31,281 bases of DNA from contig CAVTDB010000021.1 in NCBI GenBank assembly GCA_963733375.1, positions 1 to 31,281 on the forward strand. Direction: 5' to 3'. The notes under the pieces are model-generated. The model searched no databases, had not been told where the DNA came from, and worked only from the letters and a program-made list of their open reading frames with translations. The first letter of the stretch is position 1. Each line of letters begins with the position of its first letter. Origin of the DNA: Nitrospirota bacterium. Lineage in GTDB: Bacteria; Nitrospirota; JACRHJ01. The translations under genes were made by a program, and so were the position numbers. Below are positions 1 through 10,542 of this stretch, one piece after another.

Positions 1-61
1 GCATCGTTAGCGGCCCGAAGCGCTTGCGCGCATAAATTCAGACGGGAAGCCACGGAATATA

Positions 62-3000
62 ATGACGGATAAACCAAACGAAAAAAGGGGATTGTGCGGG
101 ATATGCTCCGCCGGGTGCGGCGTAGTCGTCGAGCTACGACAGTGAAGGCCGGATGGCTTCCGTGCGGGCGGACGAGGAGTCCCCCTTCGGGATGATATGC
201 AGGGTCGGGGAGCGCTCGCCCGATATCGTCTACTCGAAGGACAGGATACCGTACCCGATGCGAAGGACGGGGAAGAAGGGGACTTTCGAATTTGAAAGGA
301 TATCCTGGGACGAGGCATATGATGAGATCGCCGGCAAACTTCTTGCCATAAAAAGAGAGTCCGGGCCGGAGGCCGCCGCGGTATATACCGGGAGCGGGAG
401 CTTCGAGCGCGCCCTGTGCGACGTCTACCAGCCCGCCGGCGTCCGCGTGTCCTCCGCCTCCAGCGTCCTGTTCCCTTACGGCTCGCCGAACACGCTGGGG
501 GTGGGCGCGCTCTGCTACGTGGCGTTCGCGATGATCGCCCCGCACGTCACGATGGGGACGTTTTACATCGACATGTTCTCGGATATCGAGAACGCGAAAC
601 TCATAGTCATATGGGGAAAGAACCCCGCCGCCCATTGCCCGCCGGACGACTTCCTGCGCATCCAGGCGGCGCATCGGCAGCGGGCGCGAAGGTCATCGTC
701 ATAGACCCCCGGAAAACGGCGCTGGCCAGGCTGCCCGGCGCCAAGTGGATACCCATCCGGCCCGGGCACGGACGGGGCCCTTGCGCTGGGGCTTTGCAAT
801 ATCCTGATAGAGGAAGAGCTCTTCGACGAGAAATTCGCGAGGGACTGGACGGCCGGCTTCGATGAGTTCAGCGCATACGTACAGCACTTCAGGCCGGACT
901 ACGTGGAGAGCGTCACGGGCGTCCCGGCTGATGTAATAACTTCGCTCGCCCGGGAGATTGCGGGTGCGGACGGCGCGGCCCCGGTAATGTACAGCGGACT
1001 CGAGTACAACGGAAACGGGGTGCAGACCGTCCGTGCGGTGCATACGCTGTGGGCGCTGGCGGGGCAGCTGGACGTGCCGGGCGGCCAGTGCTTCAAGATG
1101 AGGGAGGGCAAGTTCCCCATAAACAAGGGCGGGCTGATAGCCAACCCGGACGTGGGACGGGCGGCGGGACATAACGACTTTCCTTTATATACGAAGTACC
1201 GGGGGGAGTTCCATGCCATAGCCCTCCCGAAAGCGGTGCTGGAAGGCGACCCTTACAAAATACGCGCCCTGATAAGCCTCGGCGCGTCCATCATCACATC
1301 CTGGCCGGACTCCGGCATCTGGAGAGAGACACTGAACGCCCTGGACTTCCTCGTATGCATAGACCGGCAATGGACGGCGGACATGGCCTATGCCGACATC
1401 GTGCTCCCGGCGGCGACTTATTACGAGACCGGCTCGTACATGGTCTACGACTCGGCCTTCAAAATCCGGGAGCGTCTGATAGAACCCGTCGGCGAGGCCA
1501 GGGGCGATTTTTTCATCATGGCGGAGCTGGCAAACCGCCTGGGATACGGGCATCTCTACCCGCAGGACGAAGAAGAACTGCTGGCCTACGCACTTAAAGG
1601 CTCCGGCTTTACGCCGGAAGAGGTGCGTAAATCAGGCGGCATGGCGCGTATGCCCCAGGCCATGATGCAGTACCGGAAATGGGAAAAGGGTTCTCTCAGG
1701 GAAGACGGCAGGCCGGGTTTTGATACCCCTTCCGGCAAGTTCGAGATTGCCTCGTCCATACTGGAAGAATACGGCTACGACCCCCTGCCGCGCTACGCCG
1801 AGCCCAGGGAAAGCCCCCTCTCCACTCCGGACTATGCCAAAAATTTCCCGCTGATATTCAATTCCGGGGCGCGCCATAACCTGGACCTGCACGCCCTTCA
1901 CCAGAGCGTACCCGCACTGGCGAAAGAGTATCCGGCGCCGACGGTTTTGCTGAACAAAATCGACGCGGAGAAACGCGGGATAGCGAACGGGGACAAGGTG
2001 CGGATAAAGACGCGGCGAGCGAGTATTGAGATGTACGCCTCCGTTACCGAGGACATCGTCCCAGGAGCGGTGGAGGCAAGCGGGATGGGCGGGGGCTTCT
2101 CGGGTTCCCAGGACTGGCGGCGGGCGGGTGTGAATGAACTCACGGACTTGAATAACTTCGACCCGATCTCCGGTTTCCCCGCTTACAAGGCGCTGCTGTG
2201 CGAGGTTGAAAAAGCCGGGGCCGCGGAAAATGTTTCCGTCATGAGCGCGGGCGAGTATGCCTTAGAGGAAAAACCGGCCGATAGGCAGCCCGCCGAGCGG
2301 ATATATTTCGACCACAACGCCACCACGCCGCTCCATCCGGAAGTGCAAAAGGCGATGGATGAATGCGCGGGGTCCTTCGCCAACCCGTCCAGCATCCATT
2401 CGGCCGGCAAGGCGGCGCACGCTTTAATCGAGACGTCGCGGAAAAATCTGTCCCTTCTCCTTAACTGCACGCCGCGCCGGCTGATATTCACGAGCGGCGC
2501 CTCCGAGGGCAACAACCATGTAATAAAGTCCGTGGCGCTGGCCAGCAGAAGCTCCAGGAACCACGTCATAACCAGTTCCATCGAGCACCCGAGCGTACTC
2601 GGCGCCTGCAAATGGCTGCAGGGGCAGGGCTTCGATGTCACCTTCCTCCCAGTCGATAAGTACGGGCTCATCGACCCTGACTCCTTGAAAAAAGCCCTAA
2701 CCGGCAAGACCTGCCTGGTCAGCATAATGGCCGCCAACAACGAGACCGGCTCCATCCAGCCGGTTGCCGAGCTTGCCCGCATCGCAAGGGAGATGGGCGC
2801 GCTTTTCCATACGGACGCGGTGCAGGCGGCGGGCAAGATACCCGTGGACGTGCAGGCGTGGGGGGTGGATTTCCTGACGGTTTCCGGCCATAAATTCCAT
2901 GGGCCGAAGGGGACGGGCGCGGTCTATGTCCGCAAAGGAGTGGAACTGGAACCGCTCATCCACGGGGGGAAGCAGGAGTGGGGCCTGCGCGGCGGGACGG

Positions 3001-3455
3001 AGAATACCGCTGGAATCGTCGGGATGGGCAGGGCGGCCAGTTTAGCCGTAAACGTGCCTTCAGCACATGGAACAATGTCCGGGTCTCTGCGGGACAGACT
3101 TTTTGACGGGTATTTCGCAGAATAGTGCCCGGAGGCCCGGCTGAACGGCCATCCGGAAGCGCGGCTCCCGAACACCTTGAACGTCACCCTCCCGGGACTG
3201 CGCGGGGAGTCGATGGTCCTGGCGCTCGACTCGAAGGGGGTCTGTTTCGCGTCCGGTTCCGCCTGCAAGTCCGGCTCGCCGGAGCCCTCATACGCCCTTA
3301 CGGCCATGGGTCTGTCCGATGAAGAGGCGCACTGCTCGCTTCGGTTCTCGCTTGGGCTATCCAATACGAAGGAGCAGGTGGACAGGGTCATAGGTCTCCT
3401 GGAAGAGGTAATAAAAGGCTCCGGAAGCTCCGTGCGCTTCGTTTCCTGCCGGTAA
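62..3455 (+). CDS. Molybdopterin/tungstopterin oxidoreductase (acetylene-hydratase-like) fused to C-terminal IscS/NifS-type cysteine desulfurase; likely metallopterin-dependent ergothioneine synthase (MES); several apparent indel errors
   Basis: ATG at 62 reads MTDKPNEKRGLCGICSAGCG (CxxCxxxC 4Fe-4S motif), with a 4th Cys in GMICRVG. Bis-MGD motifs present: RISWDEA, GALCY, IDPRKT...IRPG-TDGALA, ADIVLPAATYYE, TPSGKFEI. Desulfurase motifs follow: IYFDHNATTP, FTSGASE, HTDAVQ, SGHKFHGPKG (PLP Lys) and SGSACKSG (catalytic Cys). Pieced together from ORFs 153-704, 416-865, 903-3125 and 3177-3455; egtD lies directly downstream. Confidence 0.88.
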
Positions 3456-3462
3456 TGATTGG

Positions 3463-3568
3463 GGGGAGGGAGCATTCTCGGAGAAAAATTATCGTTGAAC
3501 GTAAAATAGAAATATTGCCATGAAGCGTAATTGTGAATAATAATTTTCCGGAGAGAATGTCCCTCCCC
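3463..3568. repeat. Imperfect ~30-bp inverted repeat (long hairpin) in the MES-egtD intergenic region
   Basis: GGGGAGGGAGCATTCTCGGAGAAAAATTAT (3463-3492) versus ATAATTTTCCGGAGAGAATGTCCCTCCCC (3540-3568, reverse complement GGGGAGGGACATTCTCTCCGGAAAATTAT). Confidence 0.7.
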
Positions 3569-3588
3569 ACGCGCTGAAAGGTATAAAT

Positions 3589-4600
3589 ATGGCCTTAAAA
3601 AATAACGCCCAGTTGCGCGTCCTGAATTCAGGCCATCCCGCCTCAGCTCCCGCCCCGAACGATTTCGCGGCGGACGTGCTGGCGGGTTTATCAAGTGAGC
3701 CCAAAAGGGTCCCCTCGGTTTATTTCTACGATAAAAAAGGCAGCGAGCTCTTCCGCGGCATCACAAGTCAGAGCGAGTATTACCTGACCCGGTGCGAGAC
3801 TGAGATCCTGCGCCGGTACCGATGGGCGCTGGCGAGGTTTTTCGGAAGGAGTCAGCCGTTCAATTTGATCGAACTTGGCGCGGGCGACGGTCTCAAGACG
3901 TCGGTCCTCATCTCGCATCTGCTTAAGGAACGGCTGGAATTCAACTACGTCCCGGTGGACATCTGCGCGGAATCCGTACGGAAAGCGATCAGGAATTTTA
4001 AGGCGATGGACTGTGAGAATTTCAAAATCTGCGGGCTGGTAGACGATTATTCAAGCGCGATGCGCTGGATGGCGAGGGAGAGCCGGGGCAGGAACATCGT
4101 GCTCTTCCTGGGCTCCACGATAGGGAACTTCAAAGACGATGACGCCCGCTCTTTTCTATCCGAGTTGTCCGGCTCGCTAAGGCGCGGCGACTTTGTATTC
4201 ATCGGGTTCGATTTAAGGAAGGACCCGGCGATTTTGAATAAGGCATACAACGATAAGGCGGGGATAACCAGGGAGTTCAACCTGAACCTCCTCGACCGGA
4301 TGAACAGGGAGCTCGGCGCGGACTTCGACAGAGGTAAATTTGAACATTTCGGATACTACAACGAGCGCATATCGGCGATGGAGTCCTGGCTTATCAGCCT
4401 GGAAGACCAGGCGGTCAATATCAGGGAAATCGGGAGCGTTTTTTATTTTAAAAAAGGGGAGAGAGATCCATACCGAGTATTCGCATAAATACTCGGTGGA
4501 GGATATAAACGGGCTCATGGGCGGGGCGGGCTTTTCCATCGTGAAGACCTTCTTCGACTCGCGGAGGTTCTTCGCCGATTCGCTTTGGAAGGTCATGTAA
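3589..4600 (+). CDS. egtD: L-histidine N-alpha-trimethyltransferase (EgtD/EanA family); frameshift near 4450-4460
   Basis: Motifs GLSSEPKRVPSVYFYDKKGSELF, EYYLTRCE, LIELGAGDGLKT, FLGSTIGNF, GFDLRKD...AYND..GITREFNLNLL. The C-terminal IHTEYSHKY is in ORF 4340-4600, after an A/G homopolymer. Confidence 0.93.
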
Positions 4601-4602
4601 TT

Positions 4603-5262
4603 TTACTTGCTGTCCAGGTGCCTGATAATCCTGCCCTCCACTAAATATACGACCATCTCGGCGATGTTCGTCGCGTGGTCGGCGATCCTCTCCAGATATT
4701 TAGAGATGTAGGTTATCCTTATGGCCCTCGATATGGAGTGCGGGTCCTCTATCATGAACGTCAGGAGCTCCCTGAATATCTGCTTGTTCAGCTCGTCCAC
4801 GAAATCGTCCTCGTCCAGGACCGACCAGGCAAGCTCCGCATTCCTGTTCACGAAAGCGTCGAGGGCCTCCTTGAGCATGTTCCTTGCCGCCTTGGCCATC
4901 CTGGGGATATCGATGTAAGGCTTTAAGTTCGGCTCCTCGTTCAGCTCCAGGGCGCGCTCCGACACGTCCACCGCGAGGTCGCCTATCCTCTCGATGTCGG
5001 TGACGATCTTCATGGCCGTGGTGATAAAACGCAGGTCCCCCGCCTCCGGCTGCCTGAGAGCTAAGAGCCGTATGCATTCCTCGTCTATCTCCACTTCCAT
5101 CCGGTTTACTTCGTGGTCGGCTTCGATGACCTTCGCAGCCATCGCGTTGTCCCGGTCCACGAGAGACTTTATCGAGCGCGCGACCTGGGCCTCCACGACC
5201 GAGCCCATGGTAAGAAGCCGCTCTTTTAAGTCGATTAGCTCCTTCTCCAGTATTTTGCCCAA
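4603..5262 (-). CDS. phoU: Phosphate signalling protein PhoU
   Basis: Motifs ALRQPEAGDLRF, DIERIGD, YLERIADHATNIAE; last gene of the pst operon; TTG start with GAGGAG RBS. Confidence 0.96.
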   Translation of the reverse strand: MGKILEKELIDLKERLLTMGSVVEAQVARSIKSLVDRDNAMAAKVIEADHEVNRMEVEIDEECIRLLALRQPEAGDLRFITTAMKIVTDIERIGDLAVDVSERALELNEEPNLKPYIDIPRMAKAARNMLKEALDAFVNRNAELAWSVLDEDDFVDELNKQIFRELLTFMIEDPHSISRAIRITYISKYLERIADHATNIAEMVVYLVEGRIIRHLDSK

Positions 5263-5275
5263 GGTTATTTTCTCC

Positions 5276-6034
5276 TCATCCGAACCTGCCGGTTATGTAG
5301 TCTTCCGTCCTCTTGTCCGAGGGGTTGGTGAATATATTGTTCGTCGTCCCGTACTCTATCAGGCTCCCGGAGAGGAAAAAGACCGTCCTGTCGGATATCC
5401 TGGCCGCCTGCTGCATGTTATGCGTCACTACCACTATTGTATACCGTTCTTTCAGTTCCGTAAACAGATCTTCTATCTTCGCGGTGGAGATAGGGTCGAG
5501 CGCGGAGGCTGGCTCGTCCGCCAGCAGGACTTCCGGCTCCACAGCGAGCGCGCGGGCAATGCAGAGCCTCTGCTGCTGGCCGCCGGAGAGGCTTATGCCG
5601 GGCCTGTTCAACTGGTCCTTGACCTCTTCCCAGAGCGCCGTCCGCTTCAGGTAAATCTCCGCCTTCTCGTCAATCTCATGCCTGCTGAGCCTTTTGTTCA
5701 GTATTATGCCCGCCACCACGTTCTCTTTTATGGACATGGTGGGAAAGGGGTTCGGCTTCTGGAATACCATCCCCATGCGCCGCCTTATCAGCACCGGGTC
5801 CACGCTATTGGCGTAGATGTCTTCCCCGTCCAGGATTATCTTCCCGCTTGAATAAGCCCCCTGTATCTCCTCGTGCATACGGTTTATGCACCTGATGAAG
5901 GTGCTCTTCCCGCAGCCGGAAGGGCCGATTATCGCGGTAATGGATTTTTCCGGGATTTTTATGTCGATATCATGGAGGGCCTGGGTCTTCCCGAACCAGG
6001 CGTTTAATCCTTCTACGGCAAGCTTGTCCGCCAT
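5276..6034 (-). CDS. pstB: Phosphate ABC transporter ATP-binding protein
   Basis: Walker [33 protein letters not shown]-terminal [10 protein letters not shown]. Confidence 0.97.
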   Translation of the reverse strand: MADKLAVEGLNAWFGKTQALHDIDIKIPEKSITAIIGPSGCGKSTFIRCINRMHEEIQGAYSSGKIILDGEDIYANSVDPVLIRRRMGMVFQKPNPFPTMSIKENVVAGIILNKRLSRHEIDEKAEIYLKRTALWEEVKDQLNRPGISLSGGQQQRLCIARALAVEPEVLLADEPASALDPISTAKIEDLFTELKERYTIVVVTHNMQQAARISDRTVFFLSGSLIEYGTTNNIFTNPSDKRTEDYITGRFG

Positions 6035-6887
6035 TAGCGTTTAAACCCCTTCCTTGCCAGATATAGCCGGGCCGAAATATTAAGCAGCAGGACCGCGCTC
6101 ACCAGCACGAATGCCGCCGCCCACGCCTTCTGATGCCACTCCTCGTAAGGCGAGATGGCGTAGGTAAAGAGCTGCACCGGGAGGGTGCCCATCGGCTGGG
6201 TGGGCTTAAGGCTCCAGAATACAGTTCGATGCCGACGTGAAGAGGAGCGGCGCGGCCTCCCCGCCCACCCTCGCGACGGCAAGCAGGACCCCCGTGACCA
6301 GGCCGCCGCTCGCTGTCTTTACCACTATCTTAAGGATCGTCACCCACCTCGGCACGCCGAGCGCCAGGGATGCCTCCCGAAGCGAATCCGGCACCGTCTT
6401 GAATATCTCTTCGGAGGACCGGATTATTATGGGGAGCATCAGAAGCGCCAGGGCGACCGAGCCGGAATAGGCTGAAAAACTGTGCATCGGCATCACTATG
6501 AGCGCGTAGGCCACTATCCCGGCCACGATCGCCGGAACCCCCGCAAGGACGTCCGAGACGAACCTCACCGCGCTGGCGAACATCCCTCTCCCGTACTCGG
6601 AGAGATATATGGCCGTGGCGATCCCGACAGGCACGGAAATGACCGACGCCATGCCGACTACTATCAGGCTCCCGACGAAGGCGTTGGCCATCCCTCCGCC
6701 CGGTACGCCCACCGGGGTCGGTAGCTGCGTAAAGAAATCAAAGTTTATCGCATGTATCCCTTTGGAGAGGACGTAGCCCAGAATCCAGAACAGAAAGGCA
6801 ATGGCGGTCAGGGACGAAAGATACCGAGAACGCAAGCCAGAAATGCCCCACTGGCCTTCTTTTCAAATATCTTAAGTCGCGGCCCAT
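6034..6887 (-). CDS. pstA: Phosphate ABC transporter permease PstA (frameshifted)
   Basis: [43 protein letters not shown]; C-terminal AWAAAFVL in ORF 6034-6282. Start ATG overlaps the pstC stop. Confidence 0.92.
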
Positions 6888-7836
6888 CAGATCCCCGCCC
6901 CCCTCATCGCCGCGCTGGCGCCCATCTTCCACATGAGGTACTTGGCGGCGGCGTTGACGATGATGCTTATCACGAAAAGGACCAGCCCAAGCCCTACCAG
7001 CGACGATATATGGAGCTTCTGGACAGCCTCGGCGAACTCGTTCGCTATCGCCGACGCGATGGTGTAGCCGGGTTGAAAAAGCGACAGGCTTATCTTGGGC
7101 GTATTGCCGATTACCATCGTAACCGCCATCGTCTCGCCCAATGCGCGGCCCAGGCCCAGGATTACCGCGCCCAGGATGCCGGAACGGCTGTACGGGATTA
7201 CCACCTTGGACACGACCTCCCACCTTGTCATGCCGAGCGCCAGGCCGCCCTCACGCTGGGCCTGGGGCACCGTAAACATCACGTCGCGCGATATCGCGGA
7301 TATGGTGGGGATTATCATGACGGCCAGTATTATGCCGGCGGCCATCACGCCAAGCCCCAGGGGATAGCCCGTGAAGAACGGAAGGTAAGAAAACTTGGAA
7401 AGAGGCGGCTCTATGTAATGCTGAAGCGCCGGGGCCAGGACGAAGAGACCCCACATCCCGTAAATGAGGCTCGGTATCGCGGCCAGAAGCTCGATTAAAA
7501 AACCCACCGGCGTCCTTAGCCACGGCGGCGCAAGCTCGCTTAAGAAGACGGCTATGCCAAGGCTTACGGGAAGGGCGAGGATAAGCGCGATGAGCGAGGT
7601 GTAAAAGGTGCCCCATATGAAAGGGAGCGCCCCGAACAGCCCCTGCACGGGGTCCCAGTCGCTGGATGCCAGGAATTTAAGCCCGAAGCTCTTGAAGGCG
7701 GGGAGCGAGTAGATAATCAGCTCCACGACCACCACGCCCGCAATGAAGCAGGATAAAAGCGGCGAAAGAGGCGGTTATCCCCCTGAAGACAGCTCTCAGG
7801 GTTAAACCGCCTCTTCCTGTTCAGATCTTGAGGCAT
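6887..7836 (-). CDS. pstC: Phosphate ABC transporter permease PstC (N-terminal frameshift)
   Basis: WDPVQGLFGALPFIWGT, ELLAAIPS, GRALGETMAVTMVIGN, TIASAIANEFAEA. Probable start ATG at 7836 (MPQDLNRK). Confidence 0.92.
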
Positions 7837-7925
7837 CAAGCCTTTTATCTCACCTTTGGATGCGCCCGTTAAACCCGGGCAGCCACAATAGTATCTGAAC
7901 TCTTCGGGCATCAGGCCCCGGTAAA

Positions 7926-8925
7926 CTACTTTACCTCTTTGTTCAGGTCCGCCAGTATCTGTTTTTTCAGTTTGTTCGGGCAGGGAGACGTAGGTCAAGT
8001 CTGCCGCGTCCTTGTCGCCTTTCGCGTAGGCCCACTTCACATAGCTCTTAACCGCTCTGGCCTTGGCGGCGGGCAGGTTCTTCGGGATGAGCATGAAGGT
8101 GAACCCGGCTATCGGATACGAGTTCTTCCCAGGCGAATAGGTGAACTTTATGTGGTAATCGGCCGGGATCTCGGCATGCGTGGCCGCCTCCTTGGCGTTC
8201 TCCAGGCTCGGATACACGTAGTTGCCGTCCCTGTTTTTTACCATCGCATAGGTCATCTTGTTCTGAAGCACATAGGCAAGCTCGACGTAGCCAATCGCGC
8301 CGCTGGTCTGCTTGACCGTGCCCGCGACCCCTTCGTTGCCCTTGCCGCCGATGCCGGCGGGCCAGCTGACCGCCGTGCCGGAGCCGACCTTGGTTTTCCA
8401 CTCGGGGCTCACGTCGCTCAAGAACCAGGTGAAGATATTCGTGGTGCCGGAGCCGTCGGAACGGTGGGCAACGATTATCGGCAGTCGGGGAGTTTGACGC
8501 CGGGGTTCTCCTTCGTTATTGCCGGGTCGTTCCAGTGGGTTATTTTGCCGAGGTAAATATCCGCTATGGTCTGTCGGGTTGAGCTTCAGGCCCGTCTTAA
8601 CACCGGGGACGTTATAGGCCATCGCCACGGCGCCGCCGACCGTCGGGAACATGAAGAGGTTCGCTGCTTTCTGCTGCTCGCCCGTAAGAGGGGCGTCGCT
8701 GCAGCCGAAGTCGACCGTGCCGGCCTTAACCTGGGCGATGCCGCCGCCGCTGCCGATGGAGGCGTAGTTTATCTTCGTCCCGGTCTGCTGGTTGTACGAG
8801 TAGAACCACTTCGAGTAAAGAGGGTACGGGAATGTAGCCCCCGCCGCGTTCAGCGTCTCGGCCGCGTACGCCGCGCCGCTCGCAAGTATCAATGCCGCGA
8901 CGGCAATTATCAAAAGCTTTTTCAT
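7926..8925 (-). CDS. pstS: Phosphate ABC transporter substrate-binding protein PstS (indels near 8490-8570 and 7985)
   Basis: Signal peptide, [48 protein letters not shown]. The true C-terminus [17 protein letters not shown] is in a shifted frame, with stop at 7926-7928. Confidence 0.93.
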
Positions 8926-8966
8926 TTTAAGTCCCCTTATTGCTTTATTTTTGTAAAGTTTTCTTT

Positions 8967-9003
8967 GTCCCCGCCTTCTCTTTTATAAACTGAAGGCGGG
9001 GAC
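8967..9003. terminator. GC-rich stem-loop between the porin gene and pstS (terminator-like or mRNA-stabilising)
   Basis: GTCCCCGCCTTC (8967-8978) / GAAGGCGGGGAC (8992-9003): perfect 12-bp stem with no clear U-tract on the minus strand. Confidence 0.5.
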
Positions 9004-9036
9004 TGTCATATTATATCACTCAAAACAAAACATCAA

Positions 9037-10359
9037 CTAAAACGTCCACTGCACGTCAGCCTTCAGGAGGTTCTCGTTTCCCGCCTTGGTCGAAGCTATG
9101 TTCGGTCGGCTATGGTCCTCTCGTCGTCCAGGACGAACATCACGTTCTTGCTTACGTCGTAGCTGACGCCGTAATACCAGCGGTGGATAGTGGAGTAGGC
9201 TACATCGTCGTCGTGGTCGAACCTGTCGTAGCGGCCGAGTATCCTGAGCGGCTTCAGGAAGGGCATCCTGGCCCACGCTAGAGGACGAGTAGCCATGGCC
9301 TTCGACGTTTTGTGATGCCTGCCGGGACATTTGGCGCTAAGAGTCGGTGCCCCTGGTTATGTCGTATTCGCCGGAAACAAAGAAGTCGTCTTTGTACTTA
9401 TATCCTACGAACCCGATTTCCCTGTCTCTCCTGTGCAAGAAGTCAGCTTTGCCGGTGGAGTAGAACGCGCTAACCTGTAAACCCTTCGTCATATCCCACT
9501 GCGGGAGCGGGCAAACAGTCAGCCTGCCCTGAACGGTCTTGTACTTGTTGGTCTCGTCGGCGTGGTACCCTTCGCCGTTTATCACGTCCACCTGATAATC
9601 GCCGTAACCCGCCGGGATCTTGCCCTTAAGGCCCACGCCCAGGTCGGCGGAGTTGAAAAAGCCTTCCTTCTCGATGATCATGGGGTCGATTACGCGGTAC
9701 TCCCAGAGGCCTTCCTCGTAATCAAGCCACGCAGTCTGGTACTGGCCCATCTTGACTTCGAAGGACGGGTAGAAATTCAGGAAGTCGTGGAAGTCCAAAT
9801 AGGCGTACTTGACTCTCAACTCCCAGTCACCTTTGTTGTTATCCGTTACGCCCGAAGGCAGGGCCGACCCGGCCGCGCCCGAGAAACGGGTTATATCTGA
9901 CGTGAAGCGGGCGCTTATCTCCGGGCTCATATCCGCGAAGACATTTATATATCCGCGGTTGAGGGTGAACTTGTTCCTGGGGTCCTTGTGGCCATTGTCA
10001 GCGGTCGTCTGGCGGTGGTCGAAGTCGTAAGAGTACTCGCCGTAGAAGAGGCCGCCGATTTTTACCTTCGGGAAGGTATTGGCCGCCTTCTCGCCGACGG
10101 CGTTCGTAACGGCGTCCTTGAAGGCCTGGCTGCTGTAATCGCCGGCCGGAGCGGCTGCCGCTTCGGGGGCGGGGGCGGCCTGCGCCGCCGGAGCCTGCGT
10201 CAGGGTGGACATGTCAACAGGGACCCTGCCCTCCGCCGGCTTGGTGAAGACCTGGCCGGTTTCGGGGTCCTGGTAGAGGACCGGGGAATCGCACCATGCC
10301 GATGCTGATATGGATAAGAGAATTGCCGCGAATATCGTCGCGCTCAGATACTTCTTCAA
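9037..10359 (-). CDS. Putative outer-membrane beta-barrel porin, probably for phosphate uptake (frameshifted)
   Basis: Signal peptide, Ala/Pro linker, amphipathic beta-strands (FTLNRGYINV, LRVKYAYLDF, DLGVGLKG, YQVDVINGEGY) and C-terminal ...KADVQWTF (Bam signal). Lies upstream of pstS, behind Pho boxes. Confidence 0.7.
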
Positions 10360-10400
10360 CTTTAGTCCTCCTTTGGAACGGGAAGGTTATCATCCCCCCT

Positions 10401-10439
10401 GTTACAGAATTATTACAGTTATGTTACAAGTCCGTTAAA
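10401..10439 (-). promoter_or_regulatory. Pho box array (4 half-sites, 11-bp period) upstream of the porin-pst operon
   Basis: Plus-strand GTTACA 10401, ATTACA 10412, GTTACA 10423, GTTAAA 10434. The minus strand reads TTGTAAC-ATAA-CTGTAAT-AATT-CTGTAAC, matching the PhoB consensus CTGT(C/A)A(T/C)-N4. Confidence 0.8.
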
Positions 10440-10503
10440 TCCGCTTTGCTGCCCCTTTTCACCCCCTTTCCAAAGATTGCGGGCAGAAGGGTAACAGTAA
10501 TTT

Positions 10504-10542
10504 GTTACAGCGTTATTACAGGAAGTTTATTTTTGGGTTACA
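10504..10542 (-). promoter_or_regulatory. Second Pho box array
   Basis: GTTACA 10504, ATTACA 10515 and GTTACA 10537 (11- and 22-bp spacing); overlaps the phoR stop. Confidence 0.6.

Noticed and set aside
3123-3125. In-frame TAG inside the desulfurase domain (possible pyrrolysine or readthrough)
   Set aside because: Removing one base from each of three short runs (GGG, AA, CCC) restores ...DGISQIVPEARLNG. Compensating indel errors explain it, and no pyl genes are present.
3589-5262. Functional link between the ergothioneine genes and the pst/pho cluster
   Set aside because: The genes are convergent with stops 2 bp apart and no Pho boxes are seen before egtD. Adjacency alone is not evidence.
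9003-9010. CTGTCATA Pho half-site upstream of pstS
   Set aside because: Single half-site in the orientation opposite to pstS, overlapping a hairpin arm, with no convincing 11-bp partner.
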